Positions 54,289 through 62,135 of a stretch of 64,000 bases of DNA are shown one piece after another. The DNA comes from Candidatus Sysuimicrobiota bacterium CSP1-3. GTDB lineage: Bacteria; Sysuimicrobiota; Sysuimicrobiia; Sysuimicrobiales; Humicultoraceae. The stretch spans positions 20,473 through 84,472 of the forward strand of contig LDXQ01000003.1 in NCBI GenBank assembly GCA_001443485.1, in the 5' to 3' direction. The stretch's first letter is position 1, and each line of letters starts with the position of its first letter. The translations under genes were made by a program, and so were the position numbers. Below the pieces are notes generated by a model. The model worked only from the letters and a program-made list of their open reading frames with translations, did not search any database and had not been told where the DNA came from.

Positions 54289-54438
54289 ATGCCGCGGTGG
54301 TCGTGTGCCATGGGTCATCAGGCGGAGGCCGATTCGGAGGAGGGGCTCGTCAGCAAAGTACCGGAGCACATGCGCCAAGAGTACGGGACGGAGATATCCA
54401 GAGAGCGCATCCTCCGGAAACTCCGCGAGGGGGAGTGA
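54289..54438 (+). CDS. Small DUF1059-like protein (49 aa)
   Basis: ATG 54289 lies 8 nt after GAGGAGG. SEEGLVSKVPEHMRQEYGTEISRERILRKL resembles the DUF1059 helical pattern. The stop overlaps the next start. Confidence 0.4.
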   Translation: MPRWSCAMGHQAEADSEEGLVSKVPEHMRQEYGTEISRERILRKLREGE

Positions 54439-54848
54439 TGCGCGATGGCGTTGCCGGACGCTGTCGCGTCTTCATCTTCTATGACGGCTGGTGCACTCTT
54501 TGCCGGCGGTCTACCGTTGCGCTGAAGCGGTTGGACCTGCTGGGACTCCTTGAGCCGGTCTCCTTCCGCGACCCCGGCGTGGTGGAACGGTACGGCCTCG
54601 ATCCCGTCCGGGCCGCCGCCCGGCTGCATGCCTGGGCCGCGGGCGCGCCCGCGCCGGTCGAAGGCATCGACGCAGTGATGCTCATCGCCACCCGCCTGCC
54701 GCCGCTCTGGCCGTTTCTCCCCGTCTTCTGGCTCGCCGGACGCCTCGGGTTTGGGCAGCGCCTCTACGACTGGCTGGCCGTCCGCCGCACCATCATCCCC
54801 GCCGGTCACGGCGGCGGGCAAAGCGGGCAGAATACTGCTGGACGGTAG
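54438..54848 (+). CDS. DCC-family thiol-disulfide oxidoreductase (DUF393)
   Basis: The IFYDGWCTLCRRS motif (DGxCxLC). Internal ATG 54438 of ORF 54282..54848. Confidence 0.8.
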   Translation: MRDGVAGRCRVFIFYDGWCTLCRRSTVALKRLDLLGLLEPVSFRDPGVVERYGLDPVRAAARLHAWAAGAPAPVEGIDAVMLIATRLPPLWPFLPVFWLAGRLGFGQRLYDWLAVRRTIIPAGHGGGQSGQNTAGR

Positions 54849-54948
54849 CCCGCCGCATTTGCGGCCACCGCAACTTTTGTAAGGAAGGATTGCCCCAGGG
54901 CGGCCAGAAAATGAGCACAGGTGACTCCCCCATGATGGTTCGCACCGC

Positions 54949-56307
54949 ATGACGGTCCGCCCCATCATCCTCGCCGCCGGCGTCGGAAAGCGGATGCGCT
55001 CCAGCCTGCCCAAAGTGCTGCACCGCATCTGCGGGCGGCCGATGATCCGGTACGTCCTGGCGGCGGTAGACGAGGCCGGTTTGGGGCGGCCGGTGGTCGT
55101 CGTCGGGCGAGGAGCGGAAGCGGTGCAGGTGGAGGTGGGCGACGGCGCCACCTTCGTCGTGCAAGCGGAGCAGAAGGGGACGGCGCACGCGCTGCTGGTC
55201 GGCCTGGAAGCCGCCCCGGACGGGGAGGCCGTGCTGGTCCTTTACGGCGACGTGCCGCTGCTGACCGGCCAGACTCTCGAGCGTCTGGTGGCACATTACC
55301 GCGACGCGCGCCCCGGGGTCACCCTGCTCACCGCGTCCTTGCCCGATCCCGCCGGATACGGGCGCATCGTCCGCGGCACCGGCGGGACCGTGACCCGCAT
55401 CGTGGAGGAGGCCGACGCCTCGCCGGACGAGCGGGCAATCCGCGAGATCAATGCCGGCACCTACGTCTTCGACGGCGCGCTGCTGCGCGAGGGGCTGCGC
55501 CACGTCCAGCCGACCAACGCGCAGGGAGAGTACTACCTCACCGACGTCATCGCCTGGACACTGAGCCGGGGCGCCCGCGTGGACGCGCTCCCGGTGGACG
55601 ACCCGGTGGAGGTCCTCGGCGTCAACTCTCGCCGCGACCTGGCCCGGGCGGAAGCCGCGATGCGGGAGCGGCTGCTCGACCGGCTGATGGACGGCGGCGT
55701 CACCGTGGTGGATCCACAGACGACCTATCTGCACGCGGACGTGGCCGTGGGCGAGGACACGATCATCCAGCCCGGCAGTTCACTGGAGGGCACGACGCGC
55801 ATCGGGCGCGGCTGCGTCATCGGCCCGAACGCCCGCCTGGTGGATGCCACGATCGGTGACGGCGCGGCTGTCGTGGCGTCTACGGTGGTGCAGTCCGTGC
55901 TGGGCGAGGGGAGCCGCATCGGTCCCTACAGCCACCTCCGGCCGGGATCGCGCATCGGCCGGCGCGTGGAGATCGGCAACTTCGCCGAGGTGAAGAACAG
56001 CACCATCGGCGACGGCAGCAAGGTGCACCACAAGTCCTATCTGGGCGACGCCACCATCGGCGAGCGAGTGAACATCGGCGCGGGGACGATCACCTGCAAC
56101 CTGCGCGACCGCTCCGGCAAGAAGTGGCCCACGATCATCGAAGACGAGGCGTTCATCGGCAGCGACACGATGCTCGTGGCCCCGCTGCGGATCGGCAAGG
56201 GCGCCACCACCGGCGCGGGGTCGGTGGTGACGAAGGACGTGCCCGCCGGCGCCGTCGTCGTCGGCGTGCCCGCGCGCGTGATCCGGCCTAGCGAGGTCGG
56301 CGGGTGA
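54949..56307 (+). CDS. glmU: Bifunctional UDP-N-acetylglucosamine diphosphorylase / glucosamine-1-phosphate N-acetyltransferase
   Basis: ILAAGVGKRMRSSLPKVLH, plus C-terminal left-handed beta-helix hexapeptide repeats. Confidence 0.95.
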   Translation: MTVRPIILAAGVGKRMRSSLPKVLHRICGRPMIRYVLAAVDEAGLGRPVVVVGRGAEAVQVEVGDGATFVVQAEQKGTAHALLVGLEAAPDGEAVLVLYGDVPLLTGQTLERLVAHYRDARPGVTLLTASLPDPAGYGRIVRGTGGTVTRIVEEADASPDERAIREINAGTYVFDGALLREGLRHVQPTNAQGEYYLTDVIAWTLSRGARVDALPVDDPVEVLGVNSRRDLARAEAAMRERLLDRLMDGGVTVVDPQTTYLHADVAVGEDTIIQPGSSLEGTTRIGRGCVIGPNARLVDATIGDGAAVVASTVVQSVLGEGSRIGPYSHLRPGSRIGRRVEIGNFAEVKNSTIGDGSKVHHKSYLGDATIGERVNIGAGTITCNLRDRSGKKWPTIIEDEAFIGSDTMLVAPLRIGKGATTGAGSVVTKDVPAGAVVVGVPARVIRPSEVGG

Positions 56308-56314
56308 GGGGACG

Positions 56315-57283
56315 GTGAGCGGCCGGACGTTGAAGGTGTTCACCGGGGCGGGCAACCCGGCGCTGGCCCAGGAAGTCTGCGACTCCCTGGACGTCCCCCT
56401 GGGCGAGATGACCCTCTCCCGCTTCGCCGACGGCGAGGTGCGCATCAGCATCGACGAGAGCGTCCGCGGCGAGGACGTCTTCGTCCTCCAGCCCACCTCG
56501 CCCCCGGTGAACGAGCACCTGGTGGAACTCCTGGTGATCATCGATGCCATGCGCCGCGCCTCGGCGGCGCGCATCACCGCAGTCATCCCATACTTCGGCT
56601 ACGGTCGGCAGGACCGCAAGACCCGGCCGCGCGAGCCGATCAGCAGCAAACTTGTGGCCAACCTGCTCACCACCGCGGGGACGAACCGCATCCTCACCAT
56701 GGACCTGCACGCCGGCCAGATCTGGGGCTTCTTCGACATCCCGCTGGACCATCTACCCTCGCGCATGCTATTAGTGGAGGACCTGCGGCGGCAGAATCCG
56801 GAGAACCTGATCGTCGTCTCTCCGGACATCGGCGGGACGCAGCGGGCGCGGGAGTTCGCCGCGCTGCTGGGTGCGCCCATCGCCATCATCGACAAGCGGC
56901 GGGACAAACCCAACCAGGTGAAGGAGGTCGTGCACGTCATCGGCAAGGTCTACCGCCGCCGCGCCGTGATTGTGGACGACATCGCGGACACGGCGGGGAC
57001 CCTGACCATGGCCGCGCAGGCCCTGCTGAAGCGCGGCGTGGTGGAGGTCTCGGCCTACGTCACCCACGCCGTCCTCTCCGGGCCGGCGCTCTCCCGCCTC
57101 ACGCAGAGCCCGCTGCGCGAACTGGTGGTGACGAACACCGTGGCCCTGCCGCCGGAGAAGCGCATCGCGAAGATCCGCGTGATCTCGGTGGCTCCACTCC
57201 TGGGGGAGGCCATCCGCCGCATCCACGAGGACCGTTCGGTCAGCGATCTCTTCGAGGTCCAGACGCAACCGCAGCCGGTGTGA
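56315..57283 (+). CDS. prs: Ribose-phosphate pyrophosphokinase
   Basis: GTG start. It has PYFGYGRQDRK and the PRPP-binding loop VIVDDIADTAGT. Confidence 0.95.
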   Translation: MSGRTLKVFTGAGNPALAQEVCDSLDVPLGEMTLSRFADGEVRISIDESVRGEDVFVLQPTSPPVNEHLVELLVIIDAMRRASAARITAVIPYFGYGRQDRKTRPREPISSKLVANLLTTAGTNRILTMDLHAGQIWGFFDIPLDHLPSRMLLVEDLRRQNPENLIVVSPDIGGTQRAREFAALLGAPIAIIDKRRDKPNQVKEVVHVIGKVYRRRAVIVDDIADTAGTLTMAAQALLKRGVVEVSAYVTHAVLSGPALSRLTQSPLRELVVTNTVALPPEKRIAKIRVISVAPLLGEAIRRIHEDRSVSDLFEVQTQPQPV

Positions 57284-57350
57284 TCGGGTGCGGCCAGACG
57301 CCGCGCGCCCGCTGGCAGCGCTGCCGGAGAGTCAGTAGAATGGTCAAGCG

Positions 57351-58481
57351 ATGACGGTTCCCTCCTGGCTCGTGGCCGCCCTGATCGCCCTGGTGGTCAC
57401 CAACACGCTGACGCCCGGGTTGCGCCGCTTCGCCCGGCGCATCGGGGTGATCGACTACCCGGGCGGCCGCCGCATCAACGTCCGCCCGATGCCGCGCCTG
57501 GGCGGGATCGCCATCTACATTGGCTTCCTCGCCGCCCTCCTGGTGGCAATGGTGATCACCCGAGACATTGTCCTGGCGCACCGAGGCGATGTGCTCACCA
57601 TCCGCATCCCGCTATCCCCGCGCACCGACCAGGCCGTCCTGGGAATCCTGCTGGGCTCGACCCTCCTCTTCCTCGTTGGTATTTGGGATGACGCCCGGGG
57701 CCTGAACCCCGCCCTGAAGTTCGTCCTGCAGCTCGCCGGCGCGGCGATCCTGATCCCGTTCGGACTGACCACGCAGTTCATTACCCACCCGCTGACCGGC
57801 CAGATCGTGGCCCTGGGGCCGCTGGGCCCGCTCTTCACCATCCTCTGGGTCGTCGGGGTGGTGAACGCGATGAACTTCATCGACGGCGTGGACGGGCTCG
57901 CCTCCGGCATCGCGGCGATCGCCGGCACGACCCTCCTCCTCACGGCGCTGGTGAAGGGCGACGAGGCGTCGGTGCTGCTGGCCGCCTGCCTGATCGGCAG
58001 CATGCTCGGCTTCCTGCGGCACAACTTCAACCCGGCGCGGATCATCATGGGGGATTCCGGCTCGATGTTCGTGGGCTACGTGCTGGGCGGCATGTCGGTG
58101 ATGGGTCTCTACAAGTCCTACACCGCGCTCTCCCTGATTGTGCCCCTCCTGGCCCTGGCGGTGCCCATCGTGGACACCGCCTTTGCCATCGTCCGCCGCT
58201 TCCGCAGCCGGCAGCCGATCTATCTGCCAGACCGCGGGCACCTGCACCACCGCCTGCTCGACCGGGGCTTGAGCCAGCGCCAGACGGTCCTCATCCTTTA
58301 CCTCGTCAGCGCCTTCTTCGGCGTGGGCGCGCTGGCGGTGGTCGGCGTCAACCGCACGGCCTCGGTGATCACCCTGGCGGTGATCGCCGCCGCGCTCTAC
58401 ATCGGCGCACGCCGCATGGGGCTGCTCGACCGGAAGTCTCCGGTGCAGGACACCGAGGCGACGACCGGCCGCCCCGCCTAA
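57351..58481 (+). CDS. Undecaprenyl-phosphate GlcNAc-1-phosphate transferase (MraY/WecA/TagO family, GT4)
   Basis: MPRLGGIAI, WDDARGL, NAMNFIDGVDGLASG and MGDSGS. TAGAAT lies 9 nt upstream of the ATG and there is no Shine-Dalgarno. Confidence 0.9.
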   Translation: MTVPSWLVAALIALVVTNTLTPGLRRFARRIGVIDYPGGRRINVRPMPRLGGIAIYIGFLAALLVAMVITRDIVLAHRGDVLTIRIPLSPRTDQAVLGILLGSTLLFLVGIWDDARGLNPALKFVLQLAGAAILIPFGLTTQFITHPLTGQIVALGPLGPLFTILWVVGVVNAMNFIDGVDGLASGIAAIAGTTLLLTALVKGDEASVLLAACLIGSMLGFLRHNFNPARIIMGDSGSMFVGYVLGGMSVMGLYKSYTALSLIVPLLALAVPIVDTAFAIVRRFRSRQPIYLPDRGHLHHRLLDRGLSQRQTVLILYLVSAFFGVGALAVVGVNRTASVITLAVIAAALYIGARRMGLLDRKSPVQDTEATTGRPA

Positions 58482-58493
58482 CCAGTCCCCGCA

Positions 58494-59663
58494 ATGACTC
58501 CGCCAAGCAGGCTCGGTGGGACCGAACGTCTCTCCGTCGTCACCATCTTTGGCACGCGCCCGGAGGCGGTGAAGATGGCGCCGGTGGTGGCGGCGCTGCG
58601 CGCCCGCCGCGACTTCCAGCCGATCGTCGTCGTCACGGCGCAGCACCGCGAGATGCTCGACCAGGTGCTCTCCGTCTTCCGCATCACGCCCGACCGCGAC
58701 CTGGACATCATGCTGCCCGAGCAGAGCCTCACCGACATCGTCACCCGGGCGCTGCGCGGGCTGTGGCAGGTGTTGGACGAGCTGCGCCCCGCCATGGTCC
58801 TGGTGCAGGGAGACGCGCACACCTGCTTCGTCGGCGCGCTGGCCGCCTACTACCACCGCATCCCCATCGGCCACGTCGAGGCCGGGCTGCGCACCGACGA
58901 CAAATACCAGCCGTTCCCGGAGGAGATGAACCGGCGCATGACCTCGGTGCTGGCCGACCTGCACTTCGCGCCCACCGCCCAGGCGCGCCAGAACCTGCTG
59001 CGCGAGGGCGTGGCCGCGGAGGGCATCGTCGTCACGGGGAACACGGTGATCGACGCGCTGCAGGCGATCGTGGAGCGCGCCCCCGCCGCGCTGCCGCCCG
59101 GGGTCCCGCCACTGGACGGCCGCCGCCTCGTCCTGGTGACCACGCATCGGCGGGAGAACTGGGGCGACCCGCTGCGCCAGATCTACCTGGCCCTGCTCGA
59201 CCTGCTGGAGCGTTATCCTGACGTGGAACTCGTCTTCTCCGTGCACCTCAACCCGGCGGTGCGCCGGGTCGTGCACGAGGTCCTGCGCGGCCACCCGCGG
59301 GCCCATTTGATCGAACCGCCGGACTACGCGCCGTGGGTGCACCTGATGCGCCGGGCCTACCTCATCCTCACCGATTCCGGCGGCATTCAAGAGGAAGCCC
59401 CGGCACTGGGCAAGCCGGTCCTGGTCCTGCGCCGGGTGACGGAGCGACCGGAGGGGATCGAGGCGGGGACGGCCCGTCTGGTGGGGACCGACCGCGCGCG
59501 CATCGTCGCCGAGGCCGGCCGCCTGCTCTCCGATCCGGCGGCGTACGAGGCCATGGCGCGCACGCGCAACCCTTACGGCGACGGTCATGCGGCCGAACGA
59601 ATCGCGGAGGCGCTGCGTTACTACTTCGGGCGGCGGGCCGACCCGCCGGAGGAGTTCAGGTAG
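58494..59663 (+). CDS. wecB: UDP-N-acetylglucosamine 2-epimerase (non-hydrolysing)
   Basis: IFGTRPEAVKMAPV, VTAQHREMLDQVL, HVEAGLRT and TDSGGIQEEAPALGKPVLVLR. Confidence 0.95.
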   Translation: MTPPSRLGGTERLSVVTIFGTRPEAVKMAPVVAALRARRDFQPIVVVTAQHREMLDQVLSVFRITPDRDLDIMLPEQSLTDIVTRALRGLWQVLDELRPAMVLVQGDAHTCFVGALAAYYHRIPIGHVEAGLRTDDKYQPFPEEMNRRMTSVLADLHFAPTAQARQNLLREGVAAEGIVVTGNTVIDALQAIVERAPAALPPGVPPLDGRRLVLVTTHRRENWGDPLRQIYLALLDLLERYPDVELVFSVHLNPAVRRVVHEVLRGHPRAHLIEPPDYAPWVHLMRRAYLILTDSGGIQEEAPALGKPVLVLRRVTERPEGIEAGTARLVGTDRARIVAEAGRLLSDPAAYEAMARTRNPYGDGHAAERIAEALRYYFGRRADPPEEFR

Positions 59664-59730
59664 ACGCCCGGCCGGATCGGCGATGGTGGCGCCGCCCCGG
59701 GCGGGGCATAATAAAGGTGGAGATCCGCTG

Positions 59731-60027
59731 ATGGGCCGGCTCGTGCTCACCGTCCTGCTGCTCGCCGTCGTGGTTGTAGCGACCGCGGCCGCGCCGCGCC
59801 TGCTGGAGGTGCGGGCCACGCTTACGGGCGAGGTGATGGAGGAGGGCTTGATCCGCCCGGGCCAGGTCGTGCGGGACGGCGACCCGCTGGTCTACGTGCG
59901 CACGCTGGTCGGCCGCGCCGTGGCGGCGCGCGCGCCCACCGACGGCACCGTCGTGGAGGTTCTGGTGCGGCCCGGCCAGGTGATCCGCGAAAAGGGCGCG
60001 GTCGTCGCGCGCCTCCTTCCCCGATAG
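59731..60027 (+). CDS. Membrane-anchored barrel-sandwich-hybrid (biotin/lipoyl-like) domain protein
   Basis: ATG 59731 follows AAAGGTGGAG. It has an N-terminal TM (LVLTVLLLAVVVVATAAA), then GQVVRDGDPLVYV...APTDGTVVEVLVRPGQVIREKGAVVARL. Confidence 0.6.
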   Translation: MGRLVLTVLLLAVVVVATAAAPRLLEVRATLTGEVMEEGLIRPGQVVRDGDPLVYVRTLVGRAVAARAPTDGTVVEVLVRPGQVIREKGAVVARLLPR

Positions 60028-60090
60028 CGTCGCGCCTTCCCCCAGAGGTAACAATTCTGTGACATCCCAAAGAGGATTCCCCGCGGTGTA

Positions 60091-60123
60091 GGGGGGAGGC
60101 CGCCTCCCCCCGAATGTCTTTTC
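60091..60123 (+). terminator. Rho-independent terminator
   Basis: GGGGGGAGG-CCG-CCTCCCCCC followed by GAATGTCTTTT. Confidence 0.65.
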
Positions 60124-60170
60124 CCAATCCCGTCGTGTGGGAGTGTGGGCATCAGAGAGGAGAGATCGGC

Positions 60171-61976
60171 GTGGCACGGGTGTGGCGAGGGTTGATGGTG
60201 GTCGGGTTGGCCCTGGCGGTGATCCTGCCGCAGCAGGTGGTCGGCAGCGCCCAGGAGGGCGTACCGCCGACGATGACGGTGGCGGAGATCAAACCGGGGA
60301 TGCGCGGCGTCGGCCGCACGACGGTGAAGAGCCCGGCGATTGCGGAGTTCAACTTCGAGGTCATGGCCCTGCTGGCGGGCGGCGGCGGCGTGATCCCGGT
60401 CAAGCATCTGATTCTGTACCGCACCTTCGGGCCGCTGATGGAGCAGACCGGCGGGACCGCCGCCGGGATGAGCGGCAGCCCGCTGTACATCAACGGCAAG
60501 CTGGTGGGCGCGCACAGCGCCAGCTACCTCTTCCAGACGCGGAAGGACCTGGGGCTGGGCACACCCATTGAATACATGCTGCCGCTGCTGGAGCAGCCGC
60601 AGGGCGCGACGGCCCCCTGGCCGACGGCCTTCTACCCGACTTCGCCGCTGGTCATCGACGGCCAGCCGGTGCGCCAGGTGCTGGTCGTCCGGTCGGAAGC
60701 GGAGGCCCGGCGGCTGGCGGCGCAGCCCGGCACGCTGGCGTTCGTCCCGACGCAGACCGTGACGCTGGCCGGTGGGCTGACCCCGCGGGCCTTCGCTCTG
60801 CTGGAGAAGGTGATGGGGCAGCGGCTGGGGCAGCGCCCGCTGCTGCAGTACGGCGGCGCGCAGGGCGCGGCCCCGGCGGGACAGATGCGCGGCGGATCTC
60901 CCGCGGGCATCCTTCAGGTGATGGGGGATGTCGAGTACGGTGGTATCTGCACCGTGACGCTGCGCGTCGGGAACAAGCTGCTCATCTGCGGCCACCCCTG
61001 GGACAACCTGGGTTCGGTCTCTTATGCGCTGACCAGCGCCCAGATCGTCACCGTGGTGCAGACCCTGGAGCGACCGTTCCTGGAGGGCAACCTGGGGCAG
61101 TTGATCGGCCAGATCGATGAGGACCGGGGCCCGGGTATCCGCGGTCTCGTCGGGAAGTTCCCCCGCATGTTCACCGTGCGCGTCTCCGTGACCGACACCG
61201 ACACCGGGAAAACGGTCAGCCGGTCGGCGCAGGTGGTGCGGCGCGCCGACCTGGTGCGCCTCTTCGCCCCGCTGGTGGCCCTCGTCGCCGCGGAGCGCGG
61301 CCGCGACCAGATCCAGGGGGAGGGAACGGCCCGCGTGAAGATGACGCTGCGGGCGGGCGGCCTGAACGGGACGATCAGCCGGGAGAACGTCTTCTACAGC
61401 CAGCAGGACGTGGCGCTGGCCTCCATCCTGGACATCTCCACGGCGATGCAGTTCCTCTTCTTCAACCCCTTCGGGGAGATCGACCCCTTCGACCTGAAGG
61501 TGGACATGTCCATCACCCGCAAGCGGGAGACCGCCGAGATCCAGAACGTCGTGGCGGAGACGCGGGAGGTCGACCCCGGCGGGTTCGTCCGCGTGCGGAT
61601 CAGCATCCGCCCCTACCAGCAGGACCTGGTGGTCTCGCGGGTGATCGAGATTCCCGTGCCGCGCAATTACCCGCGCGGCCCGGCCGTCCTCATCGTGGGC
61701 TCGGCGGGCATCGACCTCACCGGCGGGCGCGCCGAGGACGTCATCGTGCGGGACCTGCTTACCGAGCAGCCGCCCTTCCCGGGCGACGACCTGGAGGAGG
61801 CCGTGGAGATCTTTGAGAACCTGGGCACCAACGATCAAATGCTCATCCAGCTAGTGCCGTTCGGGCTGCCCGCCAGTGGAGCCGAGTTCACGAAATTCGA
61901 CGTCTTCGCCGGCCGCCTGATTCAGACGGACTGGGTGATTCAGGGGGAATTCCGCATCCCCATTCTGGTGCGGTGA
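60171..61976 (+). CDS. Secreted protein with SpoIVB-type (S55) peptidase motifs
   Basis: GTG 60171 follows GAGAGGAGAG. It has a signal anchor, then TGGTAAGMSGSPLYINGKLVGA (S55 Ser motif) near residue 100 and GGICTVTLRVGNKLLICGHPW (S55 His-region-like) near residue 270. The C-terminal 300 aa are unassigned. Confidence 0.7.
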   Translation: MARVWRGLMVVGLALAVILPQQVVGSAQEGVPPTMTVAEIKPGMRGVGRTTVKSPAIAEFNFEVMALLAGGGGVIPVKHLILYRTFGPLMEQTGGTAAGMSGSPLYINGKLVGAHSASYLFQTRKDLGLGTPIEYMLPLLEQPQGATAPWPTAFYPTSPLVIDGQPVRQVLVVRSEAEARRLAAQPGTLAFVPTQTVTLAGGLTPRAFALLEKVMGQRLGQRPLLQYGGAQGAAPAGQMRGGSPAGILQVMGDVEYGGICTVTLRVGNKLLICGHPWDNLGSVSYALTSAQIVTVVQTLERPFLEGNLGQLIGQIDEDRGPGIRGLVGKFPRMFTVRVSVTDTDTGKTVSRSAQVVRRADLVRLFAPLVALVAAERGRDQIQGEGTARVKMTLRAGGLNGTISRENVFYSQQDVALASILDISTAMQFLFFNPFGEIDPFDLKVDMSITRKRETAEIQNVVAETREVDPGGFVRVRISIRPYQQDLVVSRVIEIPVPRNYPRGPAVLIVGSAGIDLTGGRAEDVIVRDLLTEQPPFPGDDLEEAVEIFENLGTNDQMLIQLVPFGLPASGAEFTKFDVFAGRLIQTDWVIQGEFRIPILVR

Positions 61977-62020
61977 GCGCGCGGCTCACAGAGAACGCGG
62001 CACACCGCACAATGGACAAT

Positions 62021-62055
62021 AGGGACGGGGGCGGTCTTCTCCGTCCCTTTGTCTT
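62021..62055 (+). terminator. Rho-independent terminator
   Basis: AGGGACGG-(12 nt)-CCGTCCCT followed by TTGTCTT. Confidence 0.6.
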
Positions 62056-62135
62056 CGCGCCTGAGGAGAAACCTTTGCCTGTGGGCGGCCGTTTCCCTGG
62101 AAGCAGGGCATACATCCTGTAAGGGTTTCTGACGC

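Noticed and set aside
53904-54311. 135-aa minus-strand ORF in the low-GC spacer after the FAD oxidase
   Set aside because: It overlaps the FAD oxidase 3' end by about 150 nt and the DUF1059-like gene start, and no family was recognised. It could conceal a gene fragment (…GDWREIWLEIITDLRTTLKSNLLPIEVLRELL…), but I cannot support it.
54852-54880. Short hairpin GCCGCATTTGCGGC followed by a T-containing tract after the DCC gene
   Set aside because: The stem is only 4-6 bp with a tiny loop, and the T-run is separated from it by 9 nt. This is not a convincing terminator.
57612-59819. 735-aa minus-strand ORF
   Set aside because: It is antisense to the tagO/wecA and wecB genes, both of which have unambiguous motifs. 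It is a shadow ORF.
59892-61838. 648-aa minus-strand ORF
   Set aside because: It is antisense to the S55-motif protein and has no recognisable domains. It is a shadow ORF.
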